This document shows, in pieces, positions 48,901-62,300 of a stretch of 64,000 nucleotides of DNA; position 1 is the stretch's first letter; every line of letters starts with the position of its first letter. This DNA is from Podarcis pityusensis (taxonomy: Eukaryota). Under the pieces are notes generated by a model. That model saw nothing but the letters and a program-made list of their open reading frames with translations, ran no database searches and was not told where the DNA came from. The stretch lies in the NCBI GenBank assembly GCA_964106645.2, contig OZ067042.1, one strand, 5' to 3'. Both the position numbers and the translations under genes were made by a program.

Positions 48901-51900
48901 TTTCAGCTGATTCAACAGCATCCAAAATGGAAGCCACTGCTGCCTAGTCCTTTTCACCACATCTGTGATCAGCCCTTGCCTTTTTTGCACCTACTTGCTT
49001 AACTCTTCCTTCATGTGTTTGTCATTTTTAGCCTCAGTACCTGCATTGTCCTCCCTTTTGGCCTCCTTTTTCATTTTGCTGATATAAGTTCTTTACACAT
49101 CCCCCCTCTTTTCTGCCACCATAATGGTACAGTTCCCTTTCCTAAGTCTCTATGCTGAATATGAACCAGCTTGCAAACAGTCTGCTCAGTGAATGACGAC
49201 TTTGGGCAAAATGAATATACGAATGAATTAAGATTATCCTCCTATCCCAAAACTACCTCCAGGATTTTCACTTTCCCACATGGGAACCAAGCTACTTGCT
49301 TTTCCCTTCTCAATCTTTCTTGCCTCCCTGCTCCTCTTCCTATGGGGAGCCTGATGTTCCTTCAAGGCTAAGGCTACAGTAAGTCCTGGTGTTCCACCTC
49401 TGCTCCTCAGTTTGAAGAGAACTTTTCAGTGGCAAGGGGGCTGTTCATTTGCTTAACAACCAATAAATGTGTTTGGTTTGACTTTTATTACCTGGTTGCC
49501 CTGCATCTCCAGGAGGTCCTGGTGGGCCTCGTGGGCCTGGCAATCCCATAAGACCTTGCTCTCCTAGGAAATAATTGGAGAATTAGTATTTTCATTTTAT
49601 GCAACAGCAATGTTCACTGAAATTCAGAGCTACTCAGACCAATGGAACTGTACTATTATTTCATTTGTTTACTTATTTTATTTCTGAATTGCTTGCTATG
49701 AAACATTAAGAAGTGATACACTGATAAAACCAAAACTATAACCAACCAAATGTGCAATGCTATATTCGAGATCTGCAAGCTAAGCGCCATGGGATTTGGT
49801 AGAAGATCTTGCTATGCAAGATACACCACCGTCATAAAAATTATGGTGGTAGAACACTGTAAATCCATGTCCAGATCCATTTGGTGTTATTTTTTTCACG
49901 TTCTTCTCTATAATTAAAAGAAAAAGAAAGCAACCATCTACCTCTGGAGCCTTGCCGTCCATCTGGTCCTGGTGGACCTATACAGACAAAAGAGTTGGTT
50001 AGTTATATCATAGAATCATATATATTTGTTACTTAACACAAAGCCATACAGAGGAAGATAGCTAATTGTTTAAAGTTCAAGTACATTTGGCTGAATGTAC
50101 ATCATATACTAGTAGCTGCATTCCTCACAATGTTCAGGAATTGTATGAAATCTGAAAATCACTGCCATTTTTAAAGTTTCAGCCTACCACCTTGATTCAA
50201 AATGGCATCCAATTATATCCAAACATAGAAGAAAACCTGCTCCTTGACCTCAGGAATGATCATGCAAAATTTCACTATAATATCTTAAGAAGTGTTCAAC
50301 TGCATAATGAACAGATGCACAACTTTCAAAAATACATAGTACATAAGTGAACAGGTATTGTGCTGGTGCACAGTGATTAAAAGTGCCCATGGCACTCACC
50401 CCAAATTTCTGCTGCCGCTTCATTGTGAATAAACCAAGCCAGAACCCTGCAAGTGGTAGCCACAGTTGGTTCTTGAATTACTACTTAGGATTTGTTTGAG
50501 GAAAACAAACCACAAACCTGGATTCAGACTGCATGACAAACCAGACTCGGGCTTGTTTCAATCCAATGCAGCAGCAGCAGCAGCAGCAGCAGCAAGAGCA
50601 GGGGAGCAGCACCAAGATAACTTTTGAACAGCATACAACAGCACACTGCTCATTCAAATAAACCATGGTTTACTGTGGCATGTGAACTGGGCCAATATAA
50701 TCTTATCAATGGCCAAGTGTACAGAAGACCGGAATACATGTTCATATCCATACTAGCCTTCACTAAGTGGCACAAAGAGATCATTCACACATGACTTAAA
50801 ACATGCACATATGCCAGTCACACCTCTTGCATCCCCCAACAGCGAGGAACATAGAATCATGGAATTGTAGAGTTGGAAGGGACCCTACACTGAACTGCGT
50901 TAAAAAAAATGCTTTCTGTCTTTTGAAGGCAGCTAAATTTCAGTCCCTCAGATTGACTTTTATTCTGAATCTTATGATCCAAGAGTCCTAGAGACAGTGG
51001 TTTGAAGTAGATTATCTTCCAGAAAGGTCAATATTATATATTTTCACTCACCTACTGATCCTTTAGCTCCTGCTTCACCTGGAGGCCCAGGTAGTCCTCG
51101 GGAACCTGGTTCACCTGCAAATCAAACAGGAATGGCTTAGAATGATGTGCACAGTTCTGCTTTAATGGGTTGCTGCTGGTATAAGAACCAAAGAGGTGAA
51201 CTATGTAACCATCTTCAATATCAGATTAAAATACAACATGCAATTCTTGCAGGTGCTTCTCTTGAGATCACATCAGAGCATCAAGACCTGGGTGAGAGCC
51301 AGTGGCCAAGTCTTAGTTCCTGTCATAAGCTCCCAGCCTGAACTGCTTCATCGCTGATGCTCCCAGAAAAAACCTTCCTGATCTTTCAGGTTTTCTACCT
51401 TTTGAATGGAGGGAGCCCATGGTTCTCCTTAGAACTAGGGAAAAGCCCTTCACTTCCTGCCTGTCCTCAAGGATGACAACCTTCCAGGCACACCTCTTAG
51501 TCATCATGGGCAAGCATGGATGCTCATGTGTTGTCCTTTCAAAATCCTTGATAATTTACTACATACCTGTAAGACCACGGGGTCCTTTTTCCCCTTGATC
51601 TCCTAAAAGGAAAACACAAAAAGAAAAGTTGATATTATGCAATTAATTCACACTGAAACTTCCCCATCAAAGCAAAAAACATATTAATGGCAAACATATA
51701 AGGAACACCCCAGTGACTGGGGAAATAGGAGTCTGATAGCTATTGAGGAATCACATATTATTATCCAGCATACCTTTGGTTCCAGGTGCTCCTGGGGTTC
51801 CTCTTTCACCTAAAAACACACAGAGACAATGGAATTGGGGCAAAAAGATTGGATAGTAAAATCATTCATCCATATTGGACTGAAAGGAACAGTTAAGGTG

Positions 51901-54900
51901 GGACATCTGTCAAACTCCTAAGGGAGGATTCTACACACCCCAAATATCTTTAATGCTCAATGTAATCTGGATTAGACTGCCTTGTCTTTATTCATTTTAT
52001 GAAATCCACTCTGGGAGCTTTTTTAGGTAAAGAGAGGGGTAAATAAATAAATGATATCCAAAGGCCTTTTCCCAATGATATCCAAATGATATCCAAAGGC
52101 CTTTTCCCAATGATATCCAAATGATATCCAAAGGCCTTTTACCAACACATGTCAATTCACTAGCAAATTAAAAAATACACACAGTTTTGAACATGGCACT
52201 CTCTCTTTCTCTTCTTTATTTTTCCATGAACGCATGCATGCACCCACTTTTTAAAACTGTTACCCTCACCATTTAAATTACTTATATTTTTCATTTTATT
52301 ATTTAATTTCAGTCAAGAGGTGCTCCCACGTCCTCCTTGGGATAGGGATTCAACTATCTGCTATAGGTACTCAATAGATAGTGGCAGAAAAGAATCATAT
52401 ATTATTTTCTCTCCTATAATTTGAAACAGATAAGTTGGGCTCTGGGCGCTTATTCATACCTTTACCACCTGGGATACCAGCTTCACCTCTAAATCCTTGA
52501 AGCCCAGGAGGACCTAAAAAGAAAAGTAAAATCAATAAGGGTCAAGCACATAATATATGAAGTTTCTGAAAAGCAGAAAATTGAGTGGATGACATATTTT
52601 ATTTGTAGCTCTCTCTTTTCTTTTTTCTTTTGTATCGTTTTACTACTTTTCAGCCAGGAGAAGCAATATACCAGATGCTGCCAGTTACAGTACCTGGGTT
52701 TACTATATTTTACAACTACATAATGAGAACATGATACTTACCAGGAGGACCATGGGGACCTGGTGAACCCATCATACCTAGAAAAGGAAACATTGCAACT
52801 GCTCAGGAATTATGTGATTTAAAGATGAACAAATAATACATTTGCAATCTCATGAACGCAACTTTTTGTAGCACCAAGACAACATGGTTGGCATGAAAAA
52901 TGCCAGCCTGTATTTCCCCCCATTTAATCTGGATTTACCATTTATAGGTAAAGAAACCAGTTGCCAACAGCATGTTTGCAACATCTGAACAACCTGTTTT
53001 CAATATTAGATGCATCTAGAAGTACCCTTAGCCTACACTACGGTCTAGGATAAAAATAGATTTCTTTTAAAAACACATCAATGACCATACAGAGAATTTG
53101 TGTATGTAAATACAACAACAGAGGATAACTAAGGACTACTCCATTGTATTCTAAAATATACACCCAGTTTATTCTGAATAGCCTCAAATATTTCCTTCAT
53201 CACAATAAAGCCAAGGGGTAAAAAAGCGAAGTACTATTAATGCGTTCAGCCTCACTGTTGCAACTCATGTTTCCTTCATAGATAACTGTTGAGCTTTTTT
53301 ATTTGTGTGTTTTTTATTTGTTGTTTTTCCTTGCTAGGGACTAAATTTACCTTTGAGACCAACAGAACCTGGGGCTCCGGGGGGACCTTGAGGTCCTGGT
53401 TCGCCAGGAGTACCTGCAGAGTAAAATGTGAGAGAAATCCATTAAGTAACCTACTGAAGCCTATTTCTTTCTGTCATGTTTCTCCTTGGTTGCATGGCCC
53501 TGAACCAAGAAGACCAACTACACAGCACTGACATTTGTTATTGTGTTCAGCCTTAGCAGGAAGATGCTTCTCTTCCTGACCCTGTTGATGCCGATGTGGT
53601 TGGTAGGGTTGGTTACATGGTCTATGAGGTAGTCAGGTGACCCCATTCAGAATATAAGGTTACAGTTAGGTAGTGTTTGGGGGACAGCAGCTGAGTAGTG
53701 TTTTCCAAGCCTCTCTTTCGTCACCTCACCCCTCAACACCATGAGCAGAGAGACACATTCTGTAGGAACCAGAGTTCTATGGACACAGATAAGGTATTGT
53801 TTTCCCTGCCACAAAACAAACTCCCATTGTAGTTCCATTGTATCCCATTACTCATATGAATGACTAAGGGCTGGTAGCCCCATTTACTTGGCATCTGAGG
53901 GGCATGCAGTTGTGGTCCCCAGCCCTGTTTGTATCGCTGATTAATGAGTAATTAAAGTACAATAGACAGTACATTACTGGGAAACAAACTCATCTCTCAG
54001 CCCAACCTTTCTTACATTTATGTCATTCGGAAAAATACCAGACTGTTACTGCCTTTTCCACAACAGTATTGCTGCCATTTTATGCAACTGTTGAAACTAT
54101 CCAAGCATAGCTTATGACACAGATATTGTCATACCCATGCACAATATTAAGGCAGTGTTTTTCAAACTATGGGATTCCTAGGAATTTTATCTGGGTAAGT
54201 TCTCCTGAAAGGCAACTTGACCATTACTACAGAACTTCCCCAGCAATATATAGTAGACACAGGGGTGTCAAGTGTGTTTTGGGGTTGGTGTGGGGCAACA
54301 GAGCTCCAAAAGTCCTAGTCATTGCCAAGTATCACATCCTTTGCAATACACAGGATTTCCTGTCAGACATTCTTTGGTAGACAAGCTGAAGTAACAAGTG
54401 TAGCTTGAAAGCAGAAGTTTGAAAGCCACTGTCATAAGAAAAACATCTATTATGAGGGCCTCCCTTCCCACAATAATTTTGTAATATTCATTGAAGTGAT
54501 CAACAATGGTAGGTGGGAAAGCAAGACACAAAAGTATTCTTTACCTCTGTCACCTTTCTGTCCAAATCCAGGGGCACCAGGCTCTCCACGAGGTCCAGGA
54601 GGTCCCTCTCGCCCTCTTTGTCCCATGGGACCCTCCATGCCGGTTTCACCTGAGGAGAACCAGTACCTTAGAATCCAGGTCCCAACATATGCCACATTCT
54701 ACTCAGTTGAGCTAAAAAATTCCCCTGTGTCAGTAGCTGCTGCCCACTGAGCCATTTCTTTGCAGCTTCTCAGGAAAATATCAGGAACTGCTGGATGCTA
54801 CCTAATAAGGCAAGCAGTGTCACTGACTTCTCGGGAAAGAACCTTCCAGACTGACTTGGCCATTGGCTCCTCCTGGGCTGGATGTATAAGAGGGCTTCCT

Positions 54901-57900
54901 GTCACAGTTGAAGCTTTGCTTGAGCAACAAGGTCTATCTGAGATCTAGCGTTTCTGGCCTCTGACTCAAATTGCTCATTATTCTTTGATCTGCTTACCCA
55001 TGCTGCCTTTCTGTCCTTTTGGCCCTTCACGCCCAGGGATGCCAGGAATACCTGTTAAAACGACATTATTTTTCTTTTTAGAAAACGAAACAAATGATAT
55101 TAAAAAGAGCTATGCACTGCTACTTTGTGACACGCAGGGAAATGTAGAGAAGCTGAAATGAAAGCAGCATTAATATCTGAATTCAAGTTTTGATTGTTGC
55201 TTCAAATTTAACATTTTCAATGAACTGTGGCAATAACCAGAAGAGTTGGTCTGAAACAGAATCAGTTTAAGGGCAAGTTTAAAAAAATAAGAATGTGGGG
55301 ATCAAACACTGAGTTCTACTATGGCAAACCACTCCCAGATTTGATTTAAAATGAAGTCTAGTATCATATATTAAATTTTCAGTATTTGAGTTCTACAGTT
55401 CTGCCTACTCCCTGCAGAGACCAATCTGTCCTTAGTGAAGGAATCTGTCAGTAATTGCTCTTTTTTTCCATCTCGTCTTCCAATGAGTATCATCTAATAC
55501 AAAGGCAATCTAAGTGCCTTACTGCAAATTGCTGCAAGTCAACTTGAAGGTACCTCTCATTGTGCTTGTGATGTTCAGACTTGACAAAACAGATCAAGTT
55601 GCAGCAACTGATCACAGTGGGAAGCAGAGAAAATGAACAAGGTGTTCTGTGGTAACAGCTGATATTCTCCTCCCCACTAATTTTAAGCACCCTACCTGCA
55701 AAATCCAAATTTCTCTTCTCTTTTTCAGTACACTTATATATAACTAGCACTCCAATAATATAAGAATTTCCGAACTCTTTACATCTCAGATAGTACCACA
55801 ATTGTTAGGCAGGTGTGCCCAATGCTAATCTCTTCCTTAACAACAATTGTTGCTTAATATCAGACACTAAACAATTCAGCATTTAGACTATTGATTCCCG
55901 CCCCCATTTCACATAACGATGGCATAATTAGAGCACCTGTACAGGTTTATTGTCCTGATTCCTAGTGGCCATGGAAGCTCCATTGCACACACATGCTCAC
56001 ACACAAAGAAAAGTTACTCCAAATAAGTTGTCATAGCACACAGGAACTGAGAATCGTAAACTCACCTGGGGTGCCCATATCGCCTAAGACAGAACAAAAG
56101 GGACAGAAATGCATTAGTTGTGGGATCAAAATAAGGCTTTGCTCATTTTATCAACCTCTCTCTAATTACTGTCACACATTGGGGTAGTTCTGGGAGATCA
56201 TAAAAGACAGTGTCAAGGCCATCTCTAGGTCAATCAGCTCTTCAGCTCAGCTGAACCAGTTTACTCCTTACACCTTTCTCTGTATTTCTTTGGAATAATT
56301 TTTTCCTGTGAATTCTCTAAATTTTAAACAAATTGGCTTGTGTCTAATGCTGCCATTCATCTCATGCAGCAGACTTCCCCTAGCGCAACAAAACTTTCCC
56401 CCCCTCCCCTCTCCCCTGCAGCCCCTTAAAAATGAGCACCCTCAAAATCTGCTCGAGGTCGGGGGATTCTCTGGAGCAGATTTTGTGCGGAGCACGGGGA
56501 GAGGAAGGGAAGGGGACGTCCCATTGCACTAGTAGAACATTGCTTACGTAGTGTTGTATGCAATCCATTTAAACCAGTTTGAAACTGGTTTGAAAGTGGT
56601 TTATCTATCACGGCTTCCCATGGAGAATCACAAGAAACTTTCTCATAGAACGCCATTCTGGGTTGAGAATCATAATTATCGGGGGAGACGAAACCCATCC
56701 TAAACACTTGTTCATTTCTATGACATGCATTGCTGAAACGAAGAGAGATCCCTAATACATATCAAAACAGAGATGCAGCACACGGGTACCTTTCTGTCCT
56801 GGTTCTCCTTGGAAATAACCTGCAAAGGAAACAAAATGGTAGTCATATTTCTGTTGTGCAAATGACCCAAAACTACTTCTGGCTTAATATAACAACAGAA
56901 AGGCAGTGCAATTAAGTGGAATGTATGTGCAGTTTGGAAACCAGATGCATTTTGTCCTGGAACCCTTTCAGTGGGCTATGGATCTTCTTTAGACTACTTG
57001 CCCATTATCACAAAATTAGGCTGCATAGTGTCATCCAATTTGAAATCTCTTAGAATGTTTAAAGCCAGGGAGTAAACATGGCATCCTGGAGGTGTGCCAA
57101 TGGCAGACGAATTTGCTCCTAATTTTCCCAGCATCATGTCGCTTGATACAGCAGCTTTCTCAAATATAAGGATCCTCAGTACTGGAGGAAAGGAATGAAT
57201 GCTCCACCTTCTGGACATCTGGGTATGGCATTATTCCAGATAACCTCCAGAATTACACTTCATTCATTAAAACTTAGACCAGAAAAAAGTGTTAGTCTTT
57301 AATTTGAGTTTAGTTTAGTCTTTTGCTTTATACAAATATACAGATTGGTTTGGACTGACCTCAAAGTCCACATAATTCAGTTATGCTCCATTCTTTCCCT
57401 CCAGTTTAATTGCGTTATAGGAAATTTAGAAGTGTAGCTAAAGAACACTACACATTTTCTGGCAAATACATTGCTTCTTTTTCTATCCTTGTGGAATTTT
57501 GTGGGCTCCTCACCTTTGCTTCGTTCCACATCCAGCCTCTTCTTCATTAAAAACCACAACTGATCGTCACTAATATCACCCTGTACTGCTTTATATCTCT
57601 CAGAATGTACAGCATGTACATTTTCAACTGTGTTGGGTTGAACCTGCCAGCGGCTGGCTTGGGATTCAAGGATCTCCACCCGGGATCTCAGCTTCTTCAC
57701 TTCTTCCGCTGAAAGAAGTTAAAACAAAGAATTAGATGATCATTGGTTTTACTATTTGCATGTGTGAATACAACTTTAGTCCCCGCTCTGTGCCTCCATT
57801 CCGCTTTTCCAGAACTGAGATGAAACTTAGGGTTCCTCCAGACTGCTGTTTTATTGCAGGTGTGTTCTTCAACATGTTCTTTATTCAAAAATGGTGCATT

Positions 57901-59284
57901 ACTGGTGGATTTATTCTGCTTTTACTTGCACTGTGAAGTGTCCCCAATGCTACTACATTAGCACTATCCAGAGGAACTATAGAACAACAAAAACAGACCA
58001 AAAACAACAAACCCAGACAATTTGTGATAGAAAAAGTTATAGGGTTTCACCAGGAAGTTTGGGATATGCACTGATTGGAAGTGAAGCAATGTGACTGCCC
58101 CCACATTCTTGCAGACACAAGCAGTATTGAAAGTGAGGTTTTGTGTCACGGCCAAAATACCATAATAATCACAAATAGTTATGAGTGTGGGGAACTTACT
58201 GAATACAAAATGCCTAGGGGTGGGGAGAGTGCAACAGAAAACCTTCTTGAATTGTGGGAAATTTAACTCAATTCTGATAGAGAGCGTCTTCCAAAGGAGT
58301 GAACAGTGGATTCTCAGAGGAGGATGTATGTGTGTGTGTATGTGTGTGTGATGTATATATCAGATGGTAGAGCATCAGACTCTTAATCTCAGGGTTGTGG
58401 GTTCAAGCCCCATGTTAGTTATACATACCCAGAGCATTTTACCTAGGAAATTCTGTATCATCATATGACTGGCCAATTAACTCAGATTGGTCAGTTCTCT
58501 AACCAAAGTCAAAATATGTAATTAAGTTGAATTGTTCCTTTTCAGTGAAGGTGTCCCTCCTGCATTGCTCATTGGGAGAAAAACAGAATGGCACTTGGGC
58601 TTCCAGGTTCTTCACAGAGAACTTTGCCTAGATCCCTTCACCCCAGTCCTAAATAATTTAAGACCATGCTCTCATCATAATCAATGGCTGAACTTTCCTC
58701 CCCATGTTTGTTTTGATTGCTCAGTAGTAACTGGTACAGAGTACTACTTGTGGGCTTCTTGCAGACTTCCCATAGGCACCTGGTTGGCCACTGTGACTAC
58801 AGGATGCTGGATTAGATTGGCCTTTAGCCTGATCCCGTTGGTCTCCTCTTGTGTTGTTCCTAAGCCATCCCCTTCCTTAGCTGCAACCCATCACTTCTCC
58901 TGTTCACTTGTAATAACTTACCCAGAGCAATAAGCCCAAAGAGTAGACCAAGGAGAAGCAGCCAGGCTAGCAGCAAGCCTAAGAGCCACTTCCACCAGCT
59001 GCAACAGGAGGCACAGGGGCACCAGGCTGGAGCAGCTCCTGCTCCACCACATCCATCATCACCTCGGATTTCTATAGTGAGCAGAGACGTAACAGTAAAA
59101 GCAGGTTAGACAAGAGAGTGTGGCTCCACAAAGGTGTAGGCTGGAAAACGTTCCAAGGTGTCCCACACAAATGTTTGTCGAGATTCTTTTACTTACTGTC
59201 TTCCACTTAATGATTATTATTAAACAGATTTATAAATTGGCCTTCATCACATAGAAATTGCATAGCACTTTCCAACACAACATA

Positions 59285-59325
<41 letters not shown>

Positions 59326-62300
59326 CTTTGAAGTTCTCTCCATAATGGCTTCATTTGGGAATCATGACAAACCATGGTTGATATAATGACTGGGATGAGC
59401 TGAGCCCCCTCCCTTTGGTTCATGAACTCCCCACTATTCCTTTCTCCCCTAGTGCAGCTTTAATTAATCACATTTAGCTACCACCTAAACTTAACTTTGG
59501 GTTTCTGAAACAAGCCAGCTTCAAAACTGCAGTAGTGTGAAGATGGCTTCTTTCAAACAAGCCATAGTTAGGATTAACCATAGTTTTTGGGGCTTGAACA
59601 ATGTGTCACACTGTAGTTATTTTTTAAAATGGAAGCAAATGCTTCCAAACTTCTCCTTGTGGCTATGAAAGGGAAAGGGCACACCAAGTTGTGTGAGGTT
59701 ACTGCTCATTCCCACCATGGATCAGTTATGGTTCATCATGATGTCTGAACACAGCCATTATATTTATCTTTCTTTAAATGTAACATCCCAAACTTGGTGA
59801 GGGTTTGTGTCATGAAGTGATTAAAATCACAAGCAATGAACCAGCAGTCCCCAGTTTAAGTCTCTGCCAAAATCAATGGGACTAAGAAAGATTTTAAAGC
59901 TTGACAAAAGATTTCAAATAGTGTTACACTTCCTCTGGGAAAACTCTCTAGCAACTGAAGTAAGGGAGACATCTGGGATTGATATTCTGGACTCAGTAAA
60001 AGTACATGAAAACACTAAGTGAGCTCTTGTGCAGCTTCTGTTCGCTTGTGAGGCATAGACAGGAGAACTCCCTGTGGGTTGTGATTGCAAGTTGCAATCC
60101 CCAGTAGACTGGAACATTTCTATTGGAGTGTCATTGACTTTAGTTGGCATATTAAGGAACATTTGAGCTTGGGTTGTAGCTCTGTTGTGCCTCTGCAGAT
60201 CAGCTGTTAGCGGGGCTGCATTTTACCTAGTGACATTTTAAAGCTATAATCACTATAAAACGTTGCTTCCCTTCTAAGGCACACTCACTCACCTGCATAA
60301 GTAGCTTTGTCCTTTGTTGAAATAGATCTTAGTCCTCCTATTAGGAAAACAAGAACAAATGCTAAATAGTCTTCCTACATGCAGCCACACTGTTTCTAAA
60401 TGAAATTCAACCCAGGGCGACAGCTGCCAATCCAAACAAGGATCATGAGAGAAACAGTTGCAGTGTGGCTTCACTGATCAGATAATAGGGCCACAATTAT
60501 GCAATTTTCATTGTTAAGGGTGGTAAGTATTAGACTGGTTTCTGCAACCCACATAGGAATTTTTTAAAAATGAAAAAGGATAAGAAACCCTAAAAATAAT
60601 GGTGCAGAAGCATATGCAAAAAGAGAAAGCAACAGTTGCAAACACCCATGCACAACCACAAGAAAGATACCTTTAAAGAAAATGTTTCCCCTCCCAAAAC
60701 CCGACTCACCCTAAAGCACTTTTTTCACCTCCAGAATGACTATAGCAACACCTCAATTATTTCCTGCACATGGCACTTTCTAGCACATGTGTATAGAGGG
60801 GAAAACATTGTTTTATCATGTATAGGTGCTAGGAAGCCACAAATTACATCCAGTTCTCAACACGTGATTCCATGGTACAATAGCCACCTACACAATTTTC
60901 ATGTATGTTAGTGTATGCAAGCGCACACATTTATTTCTATAGCTATGTTGGAAAAATATTATTCCCACTTCAAGGCAGAGCATCAGAGGTTTACCATTTG
61001 TTTCTGATTTCAGATAGGAATCTCCAGCATAAGAGGAAGAGAAAGCCTGCTTGTCTTTCTTTAGGGTGTCTTCTGAATAACAGCCTGTAAACAGCCCAAA
61101 CAAAACACATTTAGAAGTATCTCAAAGTAGGTATCACACCTGGTATGTCTGAACTGACAGTTCATTTGGAACAATCTTCTTCCTCATTCATGTTGACTTA
61201 GTTATTATGGGGTGATTACATTGTCCACCAAAAATATGACTCCACTACTCCCAGGATAACCACATAGCAACTGATTGTGTGAATACACAGGGACTGGAAA
61301 TGAGCTCTCCACACTTCAGATCAGGGGCTTTAGAAGCAAACCAGAAGTGACTGGGAGAACCTTTTGGCAGATGCAACTTGCACCGCTCCCACAGATGCTC
61401 TCAATGGCAGCACAGACGGCTGGGCTAAGAGCTACCACATGCTGGTCACTGGATACCTAATGAGATGTAGCACAAACAACCCCTGAAAAATACCTTGCAT
61501 ACATGCAGCGTAGGACCAGTTCATATGTTACCACAAGAGTTTTACATAAAGTACTTATAGTTTTTTAATATTCAGTGGTATAAGATTCTTGATAAACAAA
61601 CAAACAGCATGGGAGCTGGGAGTCAGTTAACATTTGCATGGGAAGGAATTATGCTGTCTCCCCATTTAGACCTTACTAGAGTAGTATAAAACTAGACCAT
61701 AGGAAGGCAGCTTCTACCCCACCAAAGTAATGTCTGAGTTAAGTCTAAAGTCGCCAATGGGTGTGACACATGAGAACGAGGCAGGAAACAAACCTCCACT
61801 GAGCCCAGTGCCGGAAGCACTGAAAACTTTTCCACTGTCCTTGGTCATGATCAGCAGCTCCACATCTTTCTTGGGAGCCACGTTCTCTTTCTCTAGGAGC
61901 AGGAACTTGCAGTCCTTGCGCAGGATGTCATCATTCTGAGAGCCTGTGGTAGTGGCAGCTGGATGGCATCGAAAAAGGTAAAAGTAAATGAAAGCATGCA
62001 ACTGTTGCACAATAACCCTATGAATATCCAAGCTGTTGGCAGGAATCTGTGATTTCCCTATTCCAGCCTCATCATATATTTTGGGGACCTGAACATTTGG
62101 ATTTCCATATTTAGGGAACAATTTTTTAGTGAAGATCAGTCGGCTGCCAGACTACAGAGTTTGGTGGCAGACCATGCTAAACGGGTAGCATGCCAGATAC
62201 ACTACAAGCATGGCATAAATGCCAGGAGAAGGACTCAGACATGCTGGCGAAGTGGCTCCACAGGCAAAAGTTTGGTCTAGTGATTGCCAGGAGGACACTG

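Noticed and set aside
50568-50594. (CAG)n as a polyglutamine-coding tract
   Set aside because: It is intronic, lies within a decayed palindromic repeat and has no splice sites
58360-58417. Functional tRNA-Lys(CTT) gene
   Set aside because: The 5' acceptor strand is missing, stems are mismatched and there is no Pol III terminator; it is a SINE head or pseudogene fragment
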